Below, piece after piece: positions 1-12,966 of a stretch of DNA of 64,000 bases. Positions within the stretch are counted from its first letter, which is position 1. The number at the start of each line of letters is the position of its first letter. Below the pieces are notes generated by a model, which did no database searches, was not told the DNA's origin, and worked only from the letters and a program-made list of their open reading frames with translations. Both the position numbers and the translations under genes were made by a program. This stretch comes from Octopus vulgaris (Eukaryota): the NCBI GenBank assembly GCA_951406725.2, contig OX597814.1:160766001-160830000 (forward strand), written 5' to 3'.

Positions 1-329
1 AGGGTCATAGCAGGATGGGCAGTAGCCAAGCCATGAAAATAAGTCCACATTAATTGTAAATCAAAACACTTGAAATATACCCATGACATGTAATTTTATT
101 TGGAAATAATCAAATCTATCCAAATATCAAAATAGAAAAAACAAAATCCAGAACATATTTCTTTATGTGTGGGCAGGGACAGGACACAAATCTTTGAGCT
201 TAAGTTCACCAAACAATGACAAATAGATCACCAATCCTACATAGACGAGTATCTTAAAATAATCACATCTATTTATAAAGCTACTAAATACAATAGTTAA
301 GCACTGGTTTTAAGAACACATAGCCTCAT

Positions 330-437
330 CATTATTATTTAACATCTGTTTTCCATGCTGGCATGGGTTGGATGGTTTGTCAGGAGCTGGCAAGCCAGAG
401 AGCTGCATGCATCAAGCTCCAGTCATCTGTTTTGGCA
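330..437 (-). mobile_element. 3' end fragment of the RTE-type LINE family seen at 57137-59700
   Basis: Begins catcatt...tttaacatctgttttccatgctggcatgggttgg, matching the terminus at 57160-57185 and other copies in the window. Confidence 0.7.
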
Positions 438-550
438 AGTGAAATGGAGTGTTTTGCTTAAGAACAAATCACATCACCCAGTTCAGGAACCAAAACCATA
501 ATCTTATGATCATGCATCCAACACACTAACCACTAAGCCATGTGCCTCCA
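437..550 (-). mobile_element. Old tRNA-headed SINE, 5' fragment
   Basis: Minus strand ggaggcacatggcttagtggttag (A box) followed by a degenerate B box ggttcc; same head as 570-870. Confidence 0.6.
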
Positions 551-569
551 TGAAGTTAAGATATAGATG

Positions 570-870
570 TTTGTTCCTTCTCAAGCCACGCCTGGCTCAT
601 AAGGGTTGGTTTCCCGGTTTCCTTGGCATATAGGTTCCCCACCTGGACAATACGCCGATCCGTCGCAGATGAGCTGCTAGATGCAGGAGGAAAGAGTGAG
701 AGAAAGTTGTGGCGAAAGAGTCAGCAGAAGTTCGCCATTACCTTCTGCTGGAGCCGCGTGGAACTTAGGTGTTTCGCTCATAAAAACACACATCGTCCGG
801 TCTGAGATTTGAACCTGCGATCCCTCGACCGCGAATCCACTGCTCTAACCACTAGGTCATGTGCCTCCAC
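570..870 (-). mobile_element. Young tRNA-derived SINE
   Basis: Minus strand gtggaggcacatgacctagtggttagagcagtggattcgcgg...ggttcaaatctc has A and B boxes; CpGs retained; target-site duplication atatagatg at 561-569 and 874-882. Confidence 0.85.
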
Positions 871-2659
871 GATATATAGATGACTATATTCAGATTTATT
901 CATGTAATGTTTCTTGGTTGTTTTTGCTTTTTCATTCTATTGAAAGCTATTATGGAGAGGTGGGAAGGGTTACTTCAGCACAGATATGTGCAAAATTTGC
1001 CTTTGAAGTGTTCATACCATCACTTCAGTTAACTTGACATTGTATAGTCTGCAGTGTTAACTGAAACTAAAAACCAAAAAGAACAAATGACAATTGAGAA
1101 TACATTTTTATTATTTTCTCTTTTTTTTTTTAAATTTTTTGTTAGATGTAAATGACCTGTAGAAAACCAGTGTCAAAATACAAGCAACATCAATAACAAA
1201 TATGATCGAACTAATACTAAGTTAATGCATTAATAATTCATAACATTAATGATCAGAATAATATTAACCAAAACTGTTTCAGTGTTACAAATGAATGAAT
1301 AGACATGCTCAATTATTTTTACTTTTATAAGTTCAATAATTCCTTAACAGATCAATTGATATTAAAGTTAAGATATTTGTATAGATTTTACAACTATTTC
1401 AAAGAGACATTGTGCATATTCTAAGCTTCAAGCAATCTGCAATCAATAATACATTTGACATTTGAAAGAACATGCAACCATAGAATCTTTCACTTCAGTT
1501 TTACTTCAAGTGTATTTAATACAACATACCCCATTAGGAGTCTGAGCTATGTTAGCAGCTCAGACTCCTAGTTTAAAGAACCATCTAGAAGCAGATGCTG
1601 GTGGTGATTGACCATTGTTTATGTTTAATAATGCTCCACAATGAGTATCTAGTTTCTTTCGATCCTACATCTGCAAATTTTCAGACCCATATAGTTTAAA
1701 AACAGCTCTTGAAGAGATCAGTGGGTCTACTATATATGCATATAATATTTGTAACAAACAATACAGTTTGAATCCTAAAGCATCACCAAATAATATAGCA
1801 GACTTTATCACTAGATGGGAAGTGGAAAATAAGAAGGGCAAAGAAGAGGTTAGGACTCTTCTATAACATCCAATATTTCAGAGGCTAATACAATAATTTG
1901 TTTAGCAAAATAGTATGAACATTACAAAATAACAAGAAAGTCAAATGAGATAAGTGATCAATAGATCAATAAAACCAAACTAAAGCACGAAAAATTCTAT
2001 CAGCAAAACAACTTTAAAGTATCGACAGAATATTAAATTTAAATACAAGTTGGAATGGCATTCACTCTAGTGATCATTACCACAGCCTGGTGACATTATA
2101 TTGAATATCAATAAATCCTATACTTTTGAGAGGTCATAAATGAAATATATTCTAAGAAAATATCCAACTTCAAAAACCAATTATGCTTTCTCCATGTGTA
2201 AGTTTCAGAATTAGATGACCTTAAGTTTCTTCCATTTACCATTTGTGAAACTTCAGGAAAAAAGGGAAAAAAAAAGAAAACATGTTTATTATTTATAATA
2301 ATTATTTCTAATTTAATTGGAATCAGATACACTACTGGAAACTCCAGCATAAAATATATTCAACTAGCTCTTTTTCACATTACCAATGGTTGTCTCAATA
2401 TATATTGATTTGCACACGTACACCACAAAATTCAATAGGTTCCCAGTATTTTCATAGGTTCAAATCTCACTAACTTTGCCCCTTCCAACAACAAAACTAT
2501 TTTAAACGTATTTAAAACACTCACATGTTCACGTTTGGCTAAAAGAGAGAAACAACAGTATTAATGATATGCAAACGGTACATTAGACTTATGAATTATG
2601 TCAGCCCTCTCCTGTGCCCCCAATTCCTCTCTAATAGAGATTAGAGCAGTAAGAGGTCG

Positions 2660-2830
2660 TTAAGTCTGCTAGAAATAGCAGTCAAATCTTCCACAAAGTA
2701 CACTCAACCGTCTCAAAATAAAAAGAGGTTCACACTGGACAAATGAAGTTCTAGATATACAAAGAGACGGCTGGAACGTGCTTTATCATAGGTCTGCCTG
2801 ATCAGGGCAGATGCGGAACAAAAAACAAGA
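2660..2830 (+). repeat. Old dispersed ~200-bp repeat with a CAA-type tail (SINE or LINE 3' end); representative copy
   Basis: Motif gctagaaatagcagccaaatct...ctaccatctt...gatcag...gctaaacaacaa recurs near 5650, 5950, 9280, 15300, 24860, 28240 and 42430 (+) and near 7905, 40870, 41870 and 61700 (-). Confidence 0.7.
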
Positions 2831-4372
2831 GTACTGCTAACATACTAAGCTGAAACAAAATACAACTTAATTAATTCTTGAAATTTTATCAGCTCAGTTG
2901 AGCAGAACCGCAGCTTTAATGAAGATGAGGTATTTTAGAGGTTAGGGTATTGAAACCTTAGCTATAAATTTCAGTTTATGAGAAAAACAAATGAATAAGG
3001 GGGCGGCCTATAGATACGTATGTGAGCGTGTTAGAACAAACAAGATAAATCGAACCCAATACATGACCATACTCTATAGAGAGAAGGTTACGAAAGTGGT
3101 TCAAGAGCCGGCATTCTTTCAATATAACTCGACAAAATCAAACCATATCACTTCGAGTATTTTCGTGAAAGCAAATGACATTTCGATTCTGTTTTCTACT
3201 TGGAAATTTGCGAATTTTACATACACACATGAAACAGGTAAGAACAAATATGCAAGGCTTTTTTTTTCTTCAAGTTTAAAATGAGACATTGCAGGTATAA
3301 TTTTGTTATATCTATGCTCCGCAAACCACGGAAATACTAGGAGTGAAATGTTTTGATTTTGTCGAGTTATATCGAAAGAATGCCCAAGAGCCAAAGGTTT
3401 CGTACGCAGCCCTAATGTGCGCGCGCGTGAAAAAAAATTACATCAGTAATTTGAAATTTGAAAATGTTCGTTTAATTTTAAGATTTCAAGAAGTGAAAGC
3501 CAAACAGAAAACATCCCAAACAATTTAGGTCTTTAGCGCCCTGCGAAATACCTGGCCAAAATAACAATGAAATATTTCTTTAAAAATATATATCAAAGTG
3601 CACTGCCAAACGAATAAAAAGAAATAGACGAATTTAAAGATTAAATATTTTGCAGGTCAAAGTGATTCAGCAAAAATATAGCTAAAAGTCGAAACGTCAC
3701 GTCTAAATATTTAAGAGGCACACTATCCAGGAAACATTTTTCTGATTGCCAGGAGTAATATGTTATAAACTATCCCATTTGAGACAGAACGAAAGTACAT
3801 CATTTCGAAAGAAATATGCTAAGAGAATTTGAAGTATTTTATTCTTTTAGCAGTCCCGTGTTACACTCCTTGAAACTAAAGAGGGCTTGTCGTTGTCATT
3901 GTAGAGAAAGAGAGAGAGGTGAGGAGACGTAATAAAGTGCTTGTATCCCACTCAATTAACTCGAGGAATTACAAAGATTAAAAACCGGCGAGTGAGCTTA
4001 CATACATGCATTACACACACAAAATAAGCCAGATACAAATTAATATCTAGTTCTAAACAGACTCATGGATGGGCTGTATCTCAGACAAACAATGTTAGCG
4101 TACACGCGCTTCTGTGTCTGTCTGTCTGAGAGTGAGAGAGATGGAGGGAAGGAGCGTCCCAGTCCCTTTTCGCAGATTATTACAGACGTCGGTTCTACTT
4201 GAGTGCATTACATTCGTCATTTACGGAGGTAAACCAAATTGGAAGGGGGGAGGTGACGATCACTAATGACTAAAAACATTAATTACGAAAAATTAAATTC
4301 GGAACCAAGATGAGGCAAAAAAAAAAACAAAAACCAGTCACATTATATAAGAAATTTTAAAATGATATTTAC

Positions 4373-4450
4373 CTGGGGTGGATTAGATACAACTCGTGGC
4401 CTTTTTCGTTTCGAACCACAAATGAATAAATCCATAAATACAGTCTTCAT
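4373..4450 (-). CDS. Candidate first coding exon, MKTVFMDLFICGSKRKRPRVVSNPPQ (phase 0); gene unidentified
   Basis: caacATG context, in-frame TAG upstream, 26 open codons, CAG|GTAAAT donor at 4372, inside the CpG island; KRKRPR basic cluster. Confidence 0.5.
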
Positions 4451-6883
4451 GTTGGATATCAAAAGTTCTGTGGGTCCAGTGTAAAAATAAAGGTACTCTC
4501 TATACTAATTTTGAACCAATAGCTTTAATATTGGTAAGGTGTTAAATAAACAGTTGTGTAGTGTCTTGATAAAGTCCAGCACTCCCCCGTGAATTACAAA
4601 AGTTCTGATTTACATAGGTTGTATAAGTAAATCTATCTCTATTTAACGAAACAACAGCAGCAGCGACCTGGGATTTGTGGTGGGTGACTGGTGTTTGGTT
4701 AGTCAAGACGGCGAGTTTTCCATTATTTACCTTGCACATTTACATATAAAAGTGTAACACTTCAATGGGACACCCCATCTTACCACCTGCCAACAAAGCC
4801 GACCAACGTCTGTTAAGCCGTTAGGTAATTTGAAATAACAAAAGACATACGTATAAAAAGAAGAAGACAAACAAAAAAATAGATCAAGAAAAAAAACGGT
4901 GCTTCCCCTTCAAATTTATATGTAAAATATTTCCAGATAAAAAAAAAAATAAGCAGGGATTGGTCGGTGATCTGTGCGACCTACATTTAGTTGAAAATAA
5001 AATAGTAGGCGGGGTGGATTATATTATCTCTCTCTTACTCACTCATTGACACAGATACGACTAGAAGAGGTGTCGTCAAGATTTATTAGCGAACCTGAAG
5101 TCTAATATGTCTGTATGACATCAGTGAGGGATATCCTGACTTTGAAAGAACTGACTAGTTAGGCTTTGAAAATTTACTACAACTGCAAAAGGCAGGCGCG
5201 AAAAAAAGTCAATCAATAAAGCTGTGGACCAAGAGTTGTAGGAAAAGCGGGAAAATTCAACTCAGAAATTAAATGTAATGACTGAATTCCAGTAATAAAA
5301 AAAATATATTAAAAAAAAAAAAAAAAAAACAGGTTCTTTGTCATTCACACTTCACAAAATCCTATTATACTTAATAATCCTCCCATTGACAATTATGCTC
5401 GGAGGAAGGACACTCAGGTGAATTATGTATACTAAATAGGAGGGAAACAAAAACAAAAGACTATTCAAAAAATATTTTAAAAAAACAAAGCACACAACTT
5501 GAGATTAAAAAACAAAAAAAAAAAACGAAGAAATTATGGAGTAGATACATTTAAATTGTAGTACGTCCGTACTTTCGCTTCTAGGTAAATAATGTCACAA
5601 TACCCCCAAAACAGACACTGAGCCAACGCAAGACACAAAGCAGTCGTTCAACTTTGTAGAAATAGCAACCAAATTTCCCTCAAATCACATTCTACCAACT
5701 TAGGAAAGATAAGATGTGACATGTAGGATAATACAGTCTCAGAAACATTATGTTTGAAAAAAAATTACGATAGCCTTTGATAACTAACCCGCTCCATTCA
5801 AGGCTGATCTTAACACTTCAGACTGAAGTCTAACGAAACATACACAGCAAGTCTTTTGCACACATGATTACATAAATGTAATAAAGTCCAACATTCAGCT
5901 GAGAAAAAAATAAAGTATGTGATCAGTGTAAAAACCTCTACATGGTCCTTCGAGCTGTTAGAAATAACAGCCAAACTTCACTCAACTCATGTCCTACAGT
6001 CTTGAATCTTTTTTTAATGTATTACATAATTTTAGTCCTACATACTCATGAAATGTTGGAATAGCTATGGCTGGTCATAGCTCAAGATTCACCTACAGCT
6101 TACTGACTGTCAAAAGGCAGTGAAGCATTCTTCAAAAACAGATATAAGTTTTAATCACGCTGGGGTTACCTTTGCTTTTTATATTCAATATAGTAAAGTA
6201 GGTGGTAAATTGCTTTGTGTTTAAGGTATTTCACTTATGATCATGAGATCATGGCTTCCATTCCCAGGCCTTCATGTTGCTCTGCAATCAGTTCAACATC
6301 TGACATGTGGCACATCATGCACCTTTACAAGTAATGTCAATTTAATGAAGGTTGTGAGCTAATGTACACTACAAACATCAGATCACTAGAAATGAATCAC
6401 CTGTGCAGTTTGTTCAGCAAAATATTGTGGAATGCTCGTCTATAGTCTATGACAGCTTAGTCCACAAAACTGCTTTCTAGGTGAGAAATTAGCAGAGTTG
6501 TTTACTGCATAAGACATGCCTCCTTGCATGTATTCCAGCTCTCTGTACTTAATTCAAATCCTGCCATGGTCAACTTAGCCTTTTATCCTTTCAAATTCTA
6601 TAAAGCAAAGTACCTATCTGAGGTACTTCTGAGTTCATTCCCAGGCAAGGCACTAAGGTGAATCACAAGATACCTGAAGAAGGCTAGAGTGTACACAGCT
6701 GAAACAGTGAAAACAATCATATGGACACCACTCTGACTAATACATAATATCAGATGAGAGGTCTTGTAGGATTAACTCCAGCTCTTTGCATTCTGAGCAC
6801 TAGGGTTGTAGACTTAATTCATCATCTGGTTTCATTCCACCACCCATTACTTCAGAGTTCATTCTATTATAAGTATTGGAGGG

Positions 6884-7112
6884 TTAAGTCCTTTAGCAAT
6901 TAAACAAGCCATATTCGGCCCAAACATTCTACCTGTTTTATATTGAAAATGGCCAGATCCAGTCTCTTACACCTAGCCTACAATGTCATTCTAAAAATAA
7001 ACAATCACACCTTTAAAATCTTGAAGCTACAAGGTACTACATGATTAATTTTTAAAAACGTAGATAAATAAGGATTACATTTGATAAATTAACCTGAATG
7101 CTAAAGGGTTAA
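6884..7112 (+). mobile_element. TTAA-flanked MITE family A (piggyBac-like ends)
   Basis: ttaa..cctttagca ... tgctaaagggttaa terminal inverted repeats, ~225 bp, non-coding. Confidence 0.85.
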
Positions 7113-8166
7113 GGATAACTTTGTTTTTCTACCACCAATTTCAGAGGCCCAGAAGAAGAAAAAATAGATCACAGACACTGCCCATCTTTCCCAAACTTTT
7201 TTTTCACTGTTTTTGCAGATTCCCATGATTCTCTGTCACCCTCCAATTCCATTATTATGAGGTTGAATTGAGAATTTGAGTCATAATGAATTTTTCATTA
7301 GCTAATTATAAAACTATAGATGCCACTTTTACGGATGTGTTGCAGTTACTCTGTTGATAGAGCTTAGTGATCCTGACCCTTGATCTATGACTTCTCCACT
7401 CAGCTTCAATGTAAGAAGTATAATTGGCTCAGCTGAGTTCTTCTGCTACCTCTTCATAACCCACTATGCTGCAGCTCTATGACTTCACCATAACCTTGGA
7501 AGGATGGCTGAACAGATGTTATACCTTGCCAAAGGGCAGCCCATAACTAAGCAGGGCACAAGGTATTTTCAAAATACCCACACACTTATTTTCCCTGACT
7601 AAACAGAAGGGAAAAAAAAAGAAAATAATACCAGTCAAATACTGAAATTAATTAATTAAATCTTATACGACATCCTAGATATATAAGGAATTATAATAGA
7701 AAACAAACTAAGATATAAATCACAAGTCAAATACAAGATCAGCAGGGATGGTTTGTTGCACTGTCATCATGCTTTTTACAGATTATTCCAATCAGACAAT
7801 GACCTCGGTAACGTCATCAAGCTAATCATTTTTGGAACTTATGCATAATCTTTGACCTAGCTATTTTCAGGGAAAAGATATAATGTTCTTTCTAACTGTG
7901 GTTGTTGTTTAACTCCAAAACAGCCATGATAGAGCAAATCTATGATCAAGGGTATTTCAACAGTGACCATTTGAGCTTTCAAGTAAACCTGTAATCAAGA
8001 ACCTCCCCATCCTATCTCTTTTATCTGAGTAAAAGATCCAAAAATCCTCATGGCTTGAGCAGCTTGGACAAGATCTGCTCTACCAGAGCTGAACTAAGAC
8101 TAAGCAACTCTTCTTGTATAAAATTATCTTCATATAACTAGTAGTCCAAGATGGTATCCATTACCC

Positions 8167-8389
8167 TTAACCCTTTCGTTACCAACCCGGCTGAAACCGG
8201 CTCTGTAGTCCAAATGTCTTGTTTTCATAAGTTTTGAATTCAAATTTTCCACCAAACCTTAGTCACAATTTATGTTCCTAACACTAGCTTAATGATAACT
8301 AAGTTATTTTACTAAATTCTTTGTTATATTTAAAATAATTGAAAGAAACACAAAGCATCTCGAAATAAATACAGTAATGAAAGGGTTAA
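8167..8389 (+). mobile_element. TTAA-flanked MITE family B (piggyBac-like ends)
   Basis: TTAA|ccctttcgttac ... gtaatgaaaggg|TTAA; near-identical copy at 50153-50381. Confidence 0.9.
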
Positions 8390-8411
8390 TGAGAATAACA
8401 GTTTTTAAAAC

Positions 8412-8641
8412 TTAACCCTTTAGCATTCAGGTTAATTTATCAAATGTAATCCTTATTTATCTATGTTTTTAAAAATTAATCATGTAGTACCTTGTAGCTT
8501 GAAGATTATAAAGGTGTGATTGTTTATTTTTTAGAATGACATTGTAAGCTAGGTGTAAGAGACTGGATCTGGCCATTTTCAAGATAAAACAAGGTAGAAT
8601 GTTTGGGCCGTATATGGCCTGTTTAAATACTAAAGGGTTAA
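8412..8641 (-). mobile_element. MITE family A, inverted relative to 6884-7112
   Basis: TTAA|ccctttagcattcag ... tactaaaggg|TTAA; its reverse complement aligns along the 6884 copy. Confidence 0.9.
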
Positions 8642-9595
8642 AGAAAGCCAACATAAAACTACAAACTTAATATCTGCTTTTCGTTCTCTGACATGTATTT
8701 AGGCTTTCACTATTTTAAATTAAGACCTTATGAACATGATTGGAGGTGGGGATAGTTGAATGGATGGAAGTAAAGTGAGAATTTAATAAAAAAATAAATC
8801 ATTACCAATGAGTAAAACAACTATAACCACATAAAATCTTCAGAAAAGGTTTCCTTGACAGTCGGAACATGATTTTAGAATAAAACTATATCAAAATATT
8901 CATGCACACATACATACATTTTTATTTACTGAGGTCACTATGTACTATGAAGCATTTTACTAGCCTAGAATAATGAGATAGTAAGCTTGTTGACCTTAAA
9001 TTAGCATTTACATAGAAGAAATGTTGCCTATAGAAGGTTGATAAATCTATCAGCTACAAGCTGATAATTTCACACAGAAATTGTTGTTTTAGCAAGAATC
9101 ACAAAACTATTAAATCTCAACTCTTATTCTACGTATTCATCAATTCCAAGTAAAAAGAATTCTAAGAATAACACTAAAATGTTATTAGGCATAAAGAGAG
9201 GACTGTCAGAATAATAAAAAAATGCCAAATGGAACTGATTTAGCTAAAGAGGGTATTTCTATATGGTTGCTTGACCTGCAAGAAATAGCAACAAAATTTT
9301 TTTCAAACCACACCTTACCATTTTAATGCCAATGTGTTGTTTACATTAACCAACTGAAACATAAGATTAGATAGCTATGGCTAAAACACATTCTATCACA
9401 GGAAGTTTGATTAGTGCTGACCTAAAACCAACCAATAACAACATAAACTGAACTGACCAGCAAGTGTGAAAGAATGTGTTAGTATTTGCATAATAAATGG
9501 TTTCTAGCAAGTAAATTGGCATGAAAGGCTGACTTTTTAATAATATTTTATTCAAAGAAGAATTCTCATTATTTTATTTAGTAGTTTCTTCAAAT

Positions 9596-9745
9596 GCTTG
9601 GCACTAATGAGTTTGGGTAAGTTTAGTAGTATCAAAGAGGCTTAGTACTAATGGATTTGGCTGTGTTTAGGAATATCCAAAAGGCTTGGCACTAATGGGT
9701 TTGGCTCAGTAAAGAATTATCTGATAGGCTTGGCAGTAATGGGTG
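9596..9745. repeat. 44-bp minisatellite, ~3.4 diverged copies
   Basis: gcttggcactaatg-like core at 9596, 9640, 9684 and 9728. Confidence 0.85.
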
Positions 9746-10714
9746 TTGTTGAATGTATTCGTGTCTTCAGCAGGCAGTGTTCCAATATGTTTGCTAAATT
9801 TAAATTTGATGTACATGTATGCATTGAAAACAAAACAAACTACAATAGCTACATTTTCAATCTGGATGATTAGGGAACAAAAAGAAAAAATAGGGTGTTG
9901 TAAGTATATGTTACCAGAGAAAGAGCTTCAATTCAATAAATCTGGGTCAACAGTCAAATATATTAACCACTCAACTATTGAATTTTTATATAAGAGAAAT
10001 AAAACAGACATTTGTATGACTAGATATTTTCTTTGTGCCAGCTTGAAATTATTATTGATTACCAGCTAAATAGAATATTCTCTTACATAGGCATAAAAAT
10101 TCATTGATATTTACAGGGGGATTATGATATTCAAGTGTTTCATATTGTGACTTAAATCTGACATAAGTAATATCAAACAACTCCAAAAATCAGAAACTGA
10201 AACCAAATTATCAGAAGCTTAGTTCTATCCAACCCATGTTTCAACTCTTGAAACAGAGTTTACAAGTTCATGCATGTTCTTAATTTCCATTTACAAATAT
10301 ATTTCTAACCAGAAACAGAAGAAAAACAAAATACAAAGTCCTGAGAGCAGTTTCCTGAAATTCTCAGATTTAAATACAGTTCATTCGTTTTTACCATTTT
10401 ATATCCACCTTTCCATATGCTGGCATTGGGTTGGACAAAGACTTATGAAGACAGTATTCAGTATTTTACAACCAAATATCCTTCCTGTCCCCAACCCTTA
10501 TCTGTTTTTCAGGAGTTTTTATTTTATTTTTATTCCACTGACTCCACAAGCACAGAGCTACAGGATACAAATATGCAAGGAATATAAATACATCACTGCT
10601 CGAGTAGAGTCATACAAAGACTCATAACAAGTTTTATTTTTGTTTTGCTCTTATTTTCTTTGTTAACTTGATTGGGATTGTTTATGTTGATTTAAATATT
10701 TTCATGGAAACTTA

Positions 10715-11090
10715 TTCTTTTATATGTTTCAGTCATTAGACCATGTTCAGGCACTGCCTCTAAGGATTTTAATCATTAACATCAACTCAGTACATTTTAA
10801 GTCTAATCTTTAGTTTTGCAATTTATATTTACCAGATCATATTTTTTTCTTCTTTCAAACTCTGTCAAAGAGAAAGACAGCCATAGAGGCAGACACAAAT
10901 ACACACACACACATATATATATATACACACACACACTATATGTATGATACCTTACATACAGCTTTTGTTTACTAATTTTACTGAAATGGCACTTGTATGT
11001 TTACAGCTACATCAGAAAACACATGTCTACTGTGCACAGACTGGGACTGAATCCTAGGCCATGTGGTTGCAAAGTGAACTTCTCACTATG
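10715..11090 (-). mobile_element. Decayed copy of the SINE family at 25413-25812
   Basis: tgtttcagtcatt tail, central (CA/TA)n and gggactgaa...catgtggttg head. Confidence 0.65.
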
Positions 11091-11249
11091 CATGCATCAT
11101 CATTTCTTGCTACCTCCACCTGCTGTAGAATGCACACCAGCATGAGATAGTTGCCTCCTTAGTATTCGATCTTTGGCAAGAGCATTCAGAAAAATTATGT
11201 CAAGACCTGTCCATGCTACAATGTTATCTCTCAGGTTGCTAAGCTTTGT

Positions 11250-11790
11250 TCCTCTCTCCATTAATCATGCCTTCCGAACAGATTTTGCTGACACCACAAA
11301 TAATTAGCTTAGTGGGGCTAAGCAGTTTGGATACTTTATTTTTGATGACAGAGATGACTGGTGGTAATATGCTCCGAGAGTTTGATGTCAGTAATAAGTC
11401 CCATTACATGATCCTCAAGAACTTCCAGAACTTCCAGTATCTGTAGTGCAACAGAAGAGCAGTTGATACAGTCTAGCCCATATAAGACTAAAGAAGGACA
11501 TAGGTGTTGCAGATGTTTGATTTTATGTGATATTGGATCTGTTTTGAAGTAAGTGTAATTTTGTTCTTAAAGGCTCCTTGACCAAGTTCAGTTCTATGGT
11601 TTACAACTTTCATTCCATCGTGGTTTTATTTTGTTGTTTGAGAGAGTCTGTGTCCGAGGTACATGAATTCAGAGACTTGATTTACTGGTTTGATTTGTAT
11701 TATAGGGTTGAGGTCTGGATTAGATTTGTTGGTTGTCATGTATTCTGTTTTTGATACATTGATAGAAAGTCTCGCTTCTGCAGCATGTTA
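11250..11790 (-). pseudogene. LINE (RTE-like) reverse transcriptase C-terminal relic
   Basis: Minus translation AAEARLSINVSKTEYMTT...VNQVSEFMYLGH, then LYGLDC, matching the GLxINxxKT, VxxFxYLG and LLYGxE motifs; stops and frameshifts present. Confidence 0.75.
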
Positions 11791-12197
11791 CCACACAGGT
11801 AACACCATCCCCATTAATGCATACCATCCTTGCTGTTGCTAACTGCTATTCAACTAAAGAGCAACTTTCCAGCTGACTGAGGGAAAATAGAGATTAACGC
11901 AATCAGTTTTGAAGTATAACACACTGACTATGGAAAATTTGGACCATGTTATCAGTAAACTAACAACAAAATCTCAATGTATTTGAAGCCCAGTGTTGTA
12001 ATTTCAAAATCTCCTGAACACTTAAAATGAGTAAAATCTATTCCCATACTGTCATCATTTCAACTGACATCAGGTATTTTTTTGTCTTGAGTATTTAAAG
12101 TTTTAAAGGATTTGCTCCATTATAACAATGACTCTCCAAAAACATGTTCCTATACCTAACCATGTGTAACCACAATAACTGGATGCCTTTTCTTAGG

Positions 12198-12231
<34 letters not shown>

Positions 12232-12739
12232 CACACCTCAATGTCACAGTCCAATCTAGCATTCTCTAACATACAAACACACTACTTATAGCCCTTATAC
12301 ATACACACACACAAATATACACATGAACACTATTTAAACATGTACTTTCACATATGCATGCTCACCCATTCACACACACACAATAGGCTTTTTCATGGGT
12401 CGCTCCCCCTTTCATGTCTCTTTTCTTTTTTTTGTCAAAGGACTGTTCAAAACATTACACTATTTCTGTTTAGAAGTTGTTTTTGCTTTCTTTGAGCTTG
12501 AACCTAATGATATTACCTGTGAACATTCCTTGGACTTTTGTTGTTTTTGTATTTGATTTCATCTTTTGTGATTGATTTAACAACCATATCCCATAATGGT
12601 AGAGATTGACAGGCTCAACAAGGATCCAATGAGTCTAAAGACCTCATCATGCTCCAATGCCTGTTTTAGCATAGTTTCAACAGCCGGATGCCTTTCTTAA
12701 TGCCAATATCATATCAGTCCCTCTGAAGATGAAAAGCAC

Positions 12740-12966
12740 TCATGGCAGTGGCATGTAAAAGTGCCCATGTGGAGCCACTTAAAGACACCCATGCAGTGCC
12801 ATGTAAAAGCACTTAACACTCTGTAAAGTGGTTGGCATTAGGAAAGGCATCCAACTGTAGAAACCATGCCAAAGCAGACTAGAGTCTGGTGCAGCTCTCC
12901 AGCTGGCCATCTCTGGTCAAACCATCTAACCCATGCCAGCATGGACAATGGCTTGGATAATGATGA
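12740..12966 (+). mobile_element. RTE-family 3' end copy with (GAT)n tail
   Basis: gtgccatgtaaaagcac subrepeats, then gtggttggcattaggaaaggcatcc...ccatgccagcatgg...gataatgatgat. Confidence 0.8.

Larger units (their letters stand above)
2540..5800. promoter_or_regulatory. CpG-retaining island, candidate internal promoter and first-intron region of a minus-strand gene
   Basis: CG dinucleotides are frequent here in mostly non-repeat sequence but rare elsewhere outside young repeats. Contains gattgg (CCAAT box) near 4958, ggcggggtgg near 5008 and tgacatca near 5116, all upstream (minus sense) of the exon at 4373-4450. Confidence 0.6.

Noticed and set aside
790-870. tRNA-like sequence (also at the other SINE heads)
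   Set aside because: Continues into a SINE body with a TSD, and no complete cloverleaf is evident.
2991-3284. 97-aa plus-strand ORF containing a CAG|GTAAGA donor at 3238
   Set aside because: No recognisable protein features or partner exons; at most an antisense non-coding exon.
9596-9745. Regularly spaced 44-bp repeats (and the 37-bp array at 17830-18125) superficially resembling a CRISPR array
   Set aside because: The whole unit is repeated with decay, there are no unique spacers or cas genes, and the context is eukaryotic: these are minisatellites.
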